From Myxococcota bacterium (lineage in GTDB: Bacteria > Myxococcota_A > UBA9160 > UBA6930): DNA of 64,000 nucleotides. The notes under the pieces are model-generated. The model worked only from the letters and a program-made list of their open reading frames with translations. It searched no databases and was not told the origin of the DNA. The stretch's first letter is position 1; each line of letters starts with the position of its first letter. The stretch covers positions 4,000,001-4,064,000 of the forward strand of contig OZ245015.1 in assembly GCA_965223705.1 (NCBI GenBank). Reading direction: 5' to 3'. A program made the translations under genes and the position numbers. Below are positions 55,961 to 64,000 of the stretch, piece after piece.

Positions 55961-58397
55961 GTCGGCCGACCTGTTCGCAGCTCCTGCGTCTGTTCTCGCA
56001 CGCGTCGCTCTCCCGTTGCCCGTGAATGAGCTGTTCGACTATGCCGTTCCCGACGCGCTCGCGCAGGAGATTGCGCCCGGCGTTCGCGTCCGGGTCGACA
56101 ACGGCCGTCGAAGCCTCGTCGGCGTGGTGGTCGAACGTAGCGAGGGCGCGCCATCGGGGCTCCGCCCGATCGCCGAAGTCTTGGACGCCGAACCCGTGCT
56201 GCTGCCCGGCCTGCTCTCGGTCATCCGCGAGGCGGCGGACGAACTCCTCTGCCCGCTGGGTATCGCCCTCGCGACCGCGCTCCCATCGGGAAGCGCGCCG
56301 CGGAGAGCCGCCGGCGTCGTGCAAACCACGCGGGGTGCGAGTGCGGCATCGAGCGGCGCCGCAACTGGCGAACTGTTGGCGTTACTCCGCGCCTGCGAAA
56401 CCGCCGCAGCCGAAGCGCGGATCCGCCGTGCGCACGGCGATCGACTGACGGACACCGCGCTGCGCGAGCGGCTCCTCCGACGCGTCGCGATCGAACAAGG
56501 GCCGAGTGCGCGTTCCCGGACCGTCGACTATGCCGCCCTCGCGCCGGGGATCGACCGAGCTGCCGCGGAGCAGGCCCTCGCCCGTGCACCACGGCAGCTC
56601 GCGGTCCTGACGCGCCTCGCCGACGAAGGCTCCGTGCCCGCGCGCGCGATTCGGGAAGACGCCGCCGACGGTCGCGCGCTCCGCGAGTTGGTACAGCGCG
56701 GTTGGGTCGCGCTCGAGGAACGCGCAGCGCCCCGGGATGTGTTGGGCCTGGCGCCCCAGCGCGATACACCGCCAAGACTCACCCCCGCGCAAGACACGGC
56801 CGTCGACGCGCTGGTCGATGCGGTTTCGCGGCGCGCGCCGGAAACGTTCCTTCTCCACGGCGTCACGGGCAGTGGCAAGACCGAGGTGTATCTGCGCGCG
56901 ATCGCCGCAGCCCGCGAAGCGGGTCGACAAGCGCTGGTGCTGGTCCCCGAAATCACGTTGACCCATCAGCTCGTTCAGCGTTTGCGCGCGCGCTTCGGCG
57001 ACGATCTCGCCGTCCTTCACAGCGGACTTTCGGCGAGCGAACGCCTCGAACAGTGGGAGCAACTGCGTTCGGGTGCGGCGGCGGTCGCTGTCGGTGCGCG
57101 CTCGGCTCTCTTTGCCCCGCTTTCCGATCTCGGTCTCATCGTGATCGATGAGGAACACGACAGCGCGTACAAGAACGGCGAAGGCTTTCGCTACCACGCG
57201 CGCGAGCTCGCGGCGCTCCGCGCGAAGACCGAAGGCTGCCCGCTCGTTCTCGGCTCGGCGACGCCGGCGCTCGAAACGCGCTACGCCGCGACGTGCGGTG
57301 ACATCACGCGGCTGGTCCTCCCCCACCGCGTCGCGGGACGACCGCTCCCCGCAGTGACCTTGGTCGACCTGGTGCGCGAGCGCGCCTCCCTGCCCCGCGG
57401 CCGCAAGCTCATCCTTTCGAACGCGCTGGCCCGCGGAATGCGCGAGGTCTTCGACGACGGCGGCCAGACGATCCTGTTTCTCAACCGGCGGGGATTCGCG
57501 ACCCAGATCGCGTGCTTCTCTTGCGGCCACGTCGAGAGCTGCAAGGACTGCGACATCTCCCTCGTCTACCACGCGGGTGCCGAGCGACTCCGTTGCCACT
57601 ATTGCGACTACCAACGCGAACCGTCGGACACCTGCAGCGTGTGCGGCGAAGCGGACGGAGCGCTCTTGGGGCTCGGGACCCAGCGCGTCGAAGAAGCCGT
57701 TCGCGAGGCGCTGCCCGGTGCGCGCGTCGCCCGACTCGATCGCGATGTCGCGGTGCGACGGGGCGCCACCGAGAACGTGCTCGCCGATCTGCGCGACCAC
57801 CGCGTCGATGTGCTCGTCGGAACGCAGATGGTCGCCAAGGGGCACGACTTTCCGGGCGTCCGCCTCGTGGGCGTGATCCATGCCGATCAAGCCCTCCACT
57901 TCCCCGACTTCCGCGCCGCGGAGCGCTGCTTTGCGCTGCTCGCCCAGGTTGCGGGCCGCGCGGGGCGGGGGCGCGAACCGGGGCGCGTCCTGATCCAGAC
58001 GTACGCGCCCGATCACTATGCGCTCGAATCCGTGGTGGGCCACGACTACGAGGCGTTCTTCCGGCGCGAGCTCGAAGCGCGCCGCGAGCTCGGCTATCCG
58101 CCCTTCGGCCACCTCGCTCACATCGTCGTCTCGGCACCGGAGCTCGCCGAGACCGAAGAGGCGGCGACCTCACTGGCGAAGGTGGCGCGAACCTTCTGTG
58201 ACGACGGTGCGAACGTGCTCGGCCCGGCTCCGGCACCGCTCGCACGGTTGCGCGGTCGGCACCGCGTACAGCTTCTGCTCAAGGCGTCGACCCGGGAGCG
58301 GCTTCGCGACGTGGCGTCGAAGCTCCTGCCGGCGATGCGCGACTTCCGCGGTTCTGTGCGCTGCACCCTCGACTTGCGCCCGGTCGATATGCTCTAA
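55959..58397 (+). CDS. priA: Primosomal protein N' (replication restart helicase)
   Basis: GVTGSGKTEVY, DEEH, GSATP, two Zn-binding Cys clusters, GTQMVAKGHDF, QVAGRAGR. Confidence 0.96.
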   Translation: MSADLFAAPASVLARVALPLPVNELFDYAVPDALAQEIAPGVRVRVDNGRRSLVGVVVERSEGAPSGLRPIAEVLDAEPVLLPGLLSVIREAADELLCPLGIALATALPSGSAPRRAAGVVQTTRGASAASSGAATGELLALLRACETAAAEARIRRAHGDRLTDTALRERLLRRVAIEQGPSARSRTVDYAALAPGIDRAAAEQALARAPRQLAVLTRLADEGSVPARAIREDAADGRALRELVQRGWVALEERAAPRDVLGLAPQRDTPPRLTPAQDTAVDALVDAVSRRAPETFLLHGVTGSGKTEVYLRAIAAAREAGRQALVLVPEITLTHQLVQRLRARFGDDLAVLHSGLSASERLEQWEQLRSGAAAVAVGARSALFAPLSDLGLIVIDEEHDSAYKNGEGFRYHARELAALRAKTEGCPLVLGSATPALETRYAATCGDITRLVLPHRVAGRPLPAVTLVDLVRERASLPRGRKLILSNALARGMREVFDDGGQTILFLNRRGFATQIACFSCGHVESCKDCDISLVYHAGAERLRCHYCDYQREPSDTCSVCGEADGALLGLGTQRVEEAVREALPGARVARLDRDVAVRRGATENVLADLRDHRVDVLVGTQMVAKGHDFPGVRLVGVIHADQALHFPDFRAAERCFALLAQVAGRAGRGREPGRVLIQTYAPDHYALESVVGHDYEAFFRRELEARRELGYPPFGHLAHIVVSAPELAETEEAATSLAKVARTFCDDGANVLGPAPAPLARLRGRHRVQLLLKASTRERLRDVASKLLPAMRDFRGSVRCTLDLRPVDML

Positions 58398-58429
58398 CGA
58401 CGGGGCGTTCCATTCCCTATGCTCGCCGC

Positions 58430-58966
58430 GTGCCTCTCCGAGAAGTTCTCCAGTTCCCCGATCCTCGCCTCAAGCGAATTTCCAAACCGGTCGAGTCGGT
58501 CGATCAGGCGTTGCGCGACCTCGCTCGCGACATGACGGAAGTCATGTACGACGAGCCGGGCATCGGTCTCGCCGCACCGCAGGTGGGCGAAGCCGTCCGC
58601 ATGATCGTGCTCGACACCGAATGGACCGAAGACGGCGCGTCGCGCGATCCGCTCGTCGTCATCAACCCGGAGATCGTCTCCCGAGAGGGCAAAATTGTCT
58701 GGACCGAGGGGTGCTTGTCCGTCCCGGATTTCACGGCGGACGTCGAGCGTTCCGAACGCGTGCAGGTCCGCGGCCAGACACTCGACGGCGATCCGCTAGA
58801 AGAAGAAGCCGAAGGCCTACGCGCCGTGTGTTTCCAGCACGAGATCGATCATTTGGACGGCACCTTGTTCATCGACCGCATCAGCCGTCTGAAGCGAAGC
58901 CTCTACGTCAAACGCCGCAAGAAAGCGATCCGCCTGGGCGATGAAGGGCGGAGCTCCACCGGCTAG
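58430..58966 (+). CDS. def: Peptide deformylase
   Basis: GIGLAAPQ, EGCLS, QHEIDH. Confidence 0.97.
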   Translation: MPLREVLQFPDPRLKRISKPVESVDQALRDLARDMTEVMYDEPGIGLAAPQVGEAVRMIVLDTEWTEDGASRDPLVVINPEIVSREGKIVWTEGCLSVPDFTADVERSERVQVRGQTLDGDPLEEEAEGLRAVCFQHEIDHLDGTLFIDRISRLKRSLYVKRRKKAIRLGDEGRSSTG

Positions 58967-58975
58967 GAGCCGGCT

Positions 58976-59974
58976 GTGCGCGTTCTCTTTTTCGGGACCC
59001 CGGATTTCGCTGTGCCGACGCTGCGCGCGCTCATCGAGAGCTGCCACACCGTCTGCGGGGTGGTCTGCCAGCCCGATCGCCGAAGGGGACGCGGAAGACG
59101 CACTTCCCCCGCTCCGGTAGCGGAGCTTGCGCTGGCCGAGGGTCTGCCGCTCTTCCGCCCGGAGAAAGTCGGCGCCGCCGATTCCGTCGCAACCCTGCAC
59201 GAGACAGCGCCGGAAATCGGCGTGGTCGTCGCCTTCGGCCAGTTCTTGACGAAACGCGTTCGCGAGCTCCCCTCGTGCGGCTACTTGATCAACGGACACG
59301 CGAGCCTGCTGCCGAAATACCGCGGCGCCGCGCCGATCGTCCACGCGATTCTCGACGGCGAGGTGGAAACGGGTGTCTCGGTCATGCGCGTCGAACGCGA
59401 GATGGACGCCGGTCCTGTCCTCCTCACCGAGCGCACCGAAATCCGACCGGACGACACCGCCGAAACCCTCACCGGCCGTGTGGCAACGCTCACGGCGCAC
59501 GCCATCGTCGCCGGCCTCGAAGCCATCGAAAACGGACTCGCGACTTTTGTCCCGCAAGATCACTCTCGCGCGACCGCTGCCCCGAAAATCACACGCGAGG
59601 ATGCGGAGCTCGATTTCTCCGAGCCGGCGCGCGCACTCGAGTGTCGGGTGCGCGCGATGTCACCGTCGCCCGGAGCGTATTGCGAAGGACCCGACGGTCC
59701 CTTGCGTATCCTGGCAGCGAGGGCGAGTGATGACACCGTCGACTGCCCGCCCGGCACGGTGCGCTCCTCTCCCGATGTGCCGATCGCCGTAGCGACCGCG
59801 TCGGGCTGGCTCCTTCCCGACATCCTGCAACGTCCGGGCGGCAAGGCGCTCGCGGTCGATGCGTTCTTGCGCGGACATCCGATTTCCGACGGTGTACGAC
59901 TCAATCCGGTGGGCAGCGCTGCTAGACTTTCACAGCGTTCGAGTCGAGAAGCGGACGCTTCGGGGGGCTCGTGA
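58976..59974 (+). CDS. fmt: Methionyl-tRNA formyltransferase
   Basis: FFGTPDFA, QPDR..GRG, HASLLPKYRGAAP, MDAG. Confidence 0.96.
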   Translation: MRVLFFGTPDFAVPTLRALIESCHTVCGVVCQPDRRRGRGRRTSPAPVAELALAEGLPLFRPEKVGAADSVATLHETAPEIGVVVAFGQFLTKRVRELPSCGYLINGHASLLPKYRGAAPIVHAILDGEVETGVSVMRVEREMDAGPVLLTERTEIRPDDTAETLTGRVATLTAHAIVAGLEAIENGLATFVPQDHSRATAAPKITREDAELDFSEPARALECRVRAMSPSPGAYCEGPDGPLRILAARASDDTVDCPPGTVRSSPDVPIAVATASGWLLPDILQRPGGKALAVDAFLRGHPISDGVRLNPVGSAARLSQRSSREADASGGS

Positions 59975-61419
59975 GCCAAAACGGTGAGATCAAGAGCACG
60001 GCTGCGAAGCGCCGTCGGCATCCGCCGCGTTGGGCGCCGGCCCGTGAGCGGCCCATGTTGCGGCCGACCCGGGCGCGTCTTCTCGCTCTGCGGGTACTCG
60101 AACGCGTGACGCGCGGCGGCGCATACGCCGATCTCGCGCTCTCCGGTGCCCTGGCTCGCAGCGGCCTCGCCCCCGAGGATCGGGCGCTCGCGACCGAGCT
60201 CCTCTACGGAACGCTTCGCTGGCGCGGCCGTATCGATTATCTACTCGGGCGCGTGCTCGACCGCGATCTCGAGAAAGTCGAACCCGTCGTGCAATCGATC
60301 CTGCGAATCGGCGCCTACCAGATCGCGCTGATGGATCACATCCCGGCCGCGATCGCCGTCGATCAAATGGTGCGCTGCGCGCGAGCGTCCGGTGCCGCGC
60401 GGGCGTCCGGGTTCGTAAACGGCGTCCTGCGTCGACTCGTGCGAGAGTGCGACACCTTGATCCCGCCGGGCTTGACGACCGATCCTCTCTCTCACCTGGT
60501 TCACGCCTTGTCGCTTCCCGAATGGCTCGCCGAACGGTGGCTACAGCGGTTCGGTCCCGAGGAAGCCGCGGCGCTCGCGAGCGCGTGCAACGAACGCCCG
60601 CCGACGACCCTGCGGGCGAATCCGCGGCGGACCAACCGGGAAGAGCTGGCCGCGGCACTTCGCGACCGGTATCCGGCCGTCGAGGCGTGCGAGGTCTCGA
60701 CCCTGGGGTTGCGCCTCGGCAAACCGATTCACGCCGGGCAGGAGGCCACGTTTCGCGACGGCCTGTGGAGCATTCAAGACGAGGCGTCTCAAGCGGTGAT
60801 CGATCTGCTCGATCCGCAACCGGGCGAGCGGGTGCTCGACACGTGTGCGGCGCCCGGAACGAAAGCGAACGCGATCGCAGAGCGCGTCGGCGAGGCGGGG
60901 TTCGTGCTCGCCACCGATCGGCACGAGCGGCGCCTCTCCCTCGTCGGGCGCGAGTCGCGTCGCTTGGGCCTCGCGAACGTGCGCACCCGTTGCCTCGATG
61001 CTTCGGCCGAGCTCGAGCAGCTGCGCGATCGACATACCGAGGCCTTCGACCGGGTCCTGGTCGATGCGCCGTGCTCGGGTCTCGGCACGCTGCGCCGCAA
61101 CCCCGACGCGCGCTGGCGCGTACGGCCCGACGATCCGGAACGACTCGCGGAAACCCAGCGCAAGCTCCTCGAGCGCGCGCTGCCTTGGGTGCGCCCAGGT
61201 GGCGCGCTGGTCTACAGCGTCTGCACGTTCGAGCCCGAAGAATGCGACGAAGTGGTCGCGGACTTCACGGCCGCGCATGAAGGCGTGCGCGTGCTCCCGA
61301 AAGAAGAACTGCCCCGCTCCCTCACACCGTGGCTCGACGACGCGGGCTACCTCCGCTCCTTCCCTCACCGCGGCGGCGGCGACGGTTTCTTCGCGGTGCG
61401 TTTCGAGGTCTCGTCTTGA
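59971..61419 (+). CDS. rsmB: 16S rRNA m5C967 methyltransferase RsmB (Sun)
   Basis: NusB-like N-terminus, [27 protein letters not shown]; start may be 59971 or further downstream. Confidence 0.95.
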   Translation: MSQNGEIKSTAAKRRRHPPRWAPARERPMLRPTRARLLALRVLERVTRGGAYADLALSGALARSGLAPEDRALATELLYGTLRWRGRIDYLLGRVLDRDLEKVEPVVQSILRIGAYQIALMDHIPAAIAVDQMVRCARASGAARASGFVNGVLRRLVRECDTLIPPGLTTDPLSHLVHALSLPEWLAERWLQRFGPEEAAALASACNERPPTTLRANPRRTNREELAAALRDRYPAVEACEVSTLGLRLGKPIHAGQEATFRDGLWSIQDEASQAVIDLLDPQPGERVLDTCAAPGTKANAIAERVGEAGFVLATDRHERRLSLVGRESRRLGLANVRTRCLDASAELEQLRDRHTEAFDRVLVDAPCSGLGTLRRNPDARWRVRPDDPERLAETQRKLLERALPWVRPGGALVYSVCTFEPEECDEVVADFTAAHEGVRVLPKEELPRSLTPWLDDAGYLRSFPHRGGGDGFFAVRFEVSS

Positions 61420-62108
61420 GCCGCAACATCAAAATCGCTCCCTCGATCCTCGCCGCAAATTTCGCGGCGCTGGGCGAAGAGATCGCCGCCATCGAAGCCG
61501 CGGGTGCCGACTGGGTGCACGTCGATGTCATGGATGGGCACTTCGTGCCGAACTTGACCCTCGGACCGCCGATCCTCGAGGCCGTACGGCGCAGCACCCG
61601 GTTGCCGCTCGACGTCCACTTGATGATCGAAGAACCCGAGCGCTCGATCGAGGCGTACGCCCGAGCGGGCGCCGACACCATCGGCGTCCACATCGAGACC
61701 TGCCCGCATATCCACCGCACCGTCCATCAAATTCGCGAAGCCGGCGCGCGCGCTTCGGTCACCCTGAACCCCGGCACGCCGCCGGAAAGCGTGCTGCCCG
61801 TCCTTCCCGAAGTCGATCAGGTCCTCGTCATGACGGTGAATCCCGGCTTCGGCGGACAGAAGTTCATCGAGGCCTGCCTCGAGAAAATCGCCACTCTCAG
61901 GCGCTGGATCGTCGAACGGGATCTGGACGTCGATCTCGAAGTCGACGGCGGCATCGGCGCCGGCACGGCGGGCCGGGCGGCCCGAGCCGGCGCAAACGCC
62001 TTTGTGGCCGGAACGGCGGTCTTTGGAAGCCCCTCCTATCAAGAAGCGATCGCCGGCCTCCGAGAAGAAGCTCGAGGGGCCCGAGAAGCCTCCTCCGTCC
62101 CCGGTTGA
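61416..62108 (+). CDS. rpe: Ribulose-phosphate 3-epimerase
   Basis: [42 protein letters not shown] overlaps the rsmB stop. Confidence 0.96.
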   Translation: MSRNIKIAPSILAANFAALGEEIAAIEAAGADWVHVDVMDGHFVPNLTLGPPILEAVRRSTRLPLDVHLMIEEPERSIEAYARAGADTIGVHIETCPHIHRTVHQIREAGARASVTLNPGTPPESVLPVLPEVDQVLVMTVNPGFGGQKFIEACLEKIATLRRWIVERDLDVDLEVDGGIGAGTAGRAARAGANAFVAGTAVFGSPSYQEAIAGLREEARGAREASSVPG

Positions 62109-62151
62109 GGGGAGCCCGCAAACTAGGCATATTCGCGGGCTCAGGAAGTGT

Positions 62152-62228
<77 letters not shown>

Positions 62229-62290
62229 TTTCCGCTCCTTGAGATTCTCGCCAAGAGTCGGAATGGCATGGCCTCGCGTAGAATGGGGCG

Positions 62291-63007
62291 ATGACGGATG
62301 GTCGACTTACCGTTCTGCTCGTGCTGCTGGTGGCGCTTGCGACTCCCGGGAACGCGACGTCCCTGGTTCAAGCCGATCTTCTCGCGATGGGTGACGGCCT
62401 GCTCACCGTGCAAGTCGATTCAGGACTCGAGTGGCTCGATGTCGACCAGACGACGGGTGTCTCCTTTGTGGACATCGCGCTCCACAACGCGGGTGGTTGG
62501 CGCGATCTCGGGTTCCGCCACGCGAGCATAGAAGAAGTCCGCGGCTTGTTTGCGGCGGCTGGAATCTCCGAGCGGGGTTCACTCAGCGTGGAAGATTTCG
62601 GGGCAGCTGCGCAACTCCTCGACCTACTCGGCTGTACGACGAACTGCGACACCGACCGGCGCGCTCAGCTGGGATTCGCTGTGGGCGGTCACGGAACGTT
62701 GTTCGGCTTTGGACCGACGGCTGTGGTCTTCGTCGACGGCGACTTCCAGCTCGCGAGCGTCGAAGTCGATTTTTCGAGCGGGCTCGGCGGCGCGAATGCG
62801 GGGGACCCCGCCGCCTTCGGAGGCTTTGATTTTCTGGGCGGTCGCTTCGTTTTTTCGACCGGTGGGCTCGAGAAGACCGTTATGAACGAAATTGATGCGA
62901 GCTTCACCGCGGAGGGCGTCGGCCACTATCTCGTACGAGCCGTCCCCGAGCCCGCAACCGCTCTTCTTCTGCTTCTCGGCCTCGTGCCGCTTGCGCTGCG
63001 CCGGTAG
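62291..63007 (+). CDS. PEP-CTERM sorting domain protein
   Basis: Signal peptide, D.DSGLEWLD motif, C-terminal VPEPAT + TM + RR. Confidence 0.88.
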   Translation: MTDGRLTVLLVLLVALATPGNATSLVQADLLAMGDGLLTVQVDSGLEWLDVDQTTGVSFVDIALHNAGGWRDLGFRHASIEEVRGLFAAAGISERGSLSVEDFGAAAQLLDLLGCTTNCDTDRRAQLGFAVGGHGTLFGFGPTAVVFVDGDFQLASVEVDFSSGLGGANAGDPAAFGGFDFLGGRFVFSTGGLEKTVMNEIDASFTAEGVGHYLVRAVPEPATALLLLLGLVPLALRR

Positions 63008-63013
63008 CGGGTT

Positions 63014-63643
63014 CTAGCGAGTGGCGCCGCGTTCCGGCGGCGACGGGCGTTGCAGATCGAAGCGATCCCGCGTCCGGACATAGCTGTTGCCGCCCATGCG
63101 ACCGACCGTCGCCAGCCCGTCGGGATCGATCCGGTAGTTGTCGAACAGCGCGTCGTCGACGTGGAAGCGAACCACGCGGCCGAGAACGAACGCGCCCCCG
63201 AAGACCTCACGACTGACCTCCACGACCTCGAGAAGGCGGCACTCCATGGCGATATGCGCTTCTCCCACGCGGGGGGCCTTGATGACGTCGCACGCGATCG
63301 GAGTCAGGCCGGACAACTCGAACTCGTCAACGTCCGGCGCGACATCCACCGCCGTGGCATTCATGTTCTCGACGAATCCCTCCGACACCACGTTCACGGT
63401 GAACTCACCCGTCGCTTCGATATTTTTGCGGGTGTCGCGTCGATTCTCCTCGAGATTGACCATCGGACTGAAGCCGATCACCGGTGGGTTCGCGCTGACC
63501 GCCGTGAAGAAGCTGAACGGCGCGAGGTTGTAGACCCCTTCTTCACTGACCGAAGAGACGAATGCGATCGGCCGCGGCGTGATCGACCCGATCAACAGCT
63601 TGTAGTTCTCGACGGGCTTGATCGATTTCGGGTCGATAATCAT
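63014..63643 (-). CDS. Flavin reductase-like FMN-binding (DIM6/NTAB) protein
   Basis: PRPIAFVSS, NLAPFSFF, GEF.VN, DEF..SGL, GRMGG..Y. Confidence 0.9.
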   Translation of the reverse strand: MIIDPKSIKPVENYKLLIGSITPRPIAFVSSVSEEGVYNLAPFSFFTAVSANPPVIGFSPMVNLEENRRDTRKNIEATGEFTVNVVSEGFVENMNATAVDVAPDVDEFELSGLTPIACDVIKAPRVGEAHIAMECRLLEVVEVSREVFGGAFVLGRVVRFHVDDALFDNYRIDPDGLATVGRMGGNSYVRTRDRFDLQRPSPPERGATR

Positions 63644-63654
63644 AGGTGCCTCAT

Positions 63655-64000
63655 CTAGGCGGCGATCTCATCGAACTCGCGCAGCGTGAACGCCGGCATG
63701 ATCTCATGCTGAATCAGCGCAACGGACTGTAGCGATTGCTCGAGTGTGAGGTTCCCGAACGCGAGTCGACAGAGCAGATAGTTGATCCCCGACGCCTCGA
63801 CGTCTTTCAGCAAGCGGTCGCGCACGGTCGAAGCCGACCCTGCGATGCAGAGGCCGGATTCGTGTGCCTCCTCGACATCTTCTGGAAAGTTCACCGGGAT
63901 CTTGATCCGGTGAAGTCGCCACAGGTGGAGCAAACTCTTGTACCACTGCTGGTAGGCCTCTCCTGCGGCGGCCCTCGCTTCCCGATCCGTCTGTCCCACG
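63655..64000 (-). CDS. LLM-class flavin-dependent oxidoreductase (3' part; start lies outside the window)
   Basis: C-terminal IAGS..TVRD.L, G.NYL..R.AFG.L, S..L...EIMPAF pattern typical of luciferase-like enzymes. Confidence 0.7.
   Translation of the reverse strand, partial: VGQTDREARAAAGEAYQQWYKSLLHLWRLHRIKIPVNFPEDVEEAHESGLCIAGSASTVRDRLLKDVEASGINYLLCRLAFGNLTLEQSLQSVALIQHEIMPAFTLREFDEIAA

Noticed and set aside
62263..62278. sigma54 promoter before the PEP-CTERM gene (TGGCAT...CGC)
   Set aside because: GG-to-GC spacing is 9 rather than the required 10 nt; a TAGAAT -10 element explains the region better.
62229..64000. Island or prophage at tRNA-Pro
   Set aside because: Followed by a PEP-CTERM gene and metabolic genes with no integrase; the sequence beyond the window cannot be assessed.

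Overview
This is a GC-rich bacterial chromosomal window. The conserved ffs-dnaX-ybaB-recR-mglB-mglA block, the PEP-CTERM genes and a selenoprotein point to a Myxococcota/deltaproteobacterial-type organism (inference). The right third (about 51-62 kb) is housekeeping: SRP RNA, dnaX, ybaB, recR, mglBA, priA, def, fmt, rsmB, rpe and tRNA-Pro. The left two thirds is accessory metabolism rich in flavin/F420-type redox enzymes: seven LLM-family genes, two Ddn-like genes, a Rieske oxygenase alpha/beta pair, a Baeyer-Villiger monooxygenase, a PQQ quinohemoprotein dehydrogenase and oxyR-dps. Six observations stand out. (1) A translationally coupled pair encodes a secreted Cys-rich protein with a C-terminal dockerin and a PEP-CTERM-anchored cohesin, a candidate exosortase-anchored cohesin-dockerin display system. 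(2) An asnB-like amidotransferase, an MMPL transporter, an N-acyl amino acid synthase-like acyltransferase, a PDZ/multi-TM/GAF histidine kinase, a response regulator and a c-di-GMP phosphodiesterase together look like a make-export-sense small-molecule signalling system. (3) A BCP peroxiredoxin missed by the ORF track has an in-frame TGA at its catalytic position followed by a SECIS-like hairpin. (4) Three 99-bp hairpin-rich tandem repeats abut tRNA-Ser. (5) Several genes have a leaderless TANNNT-N6-start architecture. (6) An apparent metB-BVMO fusion is better explained by small deletions. No integrase, transposase or CRISPR array was seen. All calls come from reading motifs by eye; no database search was run.
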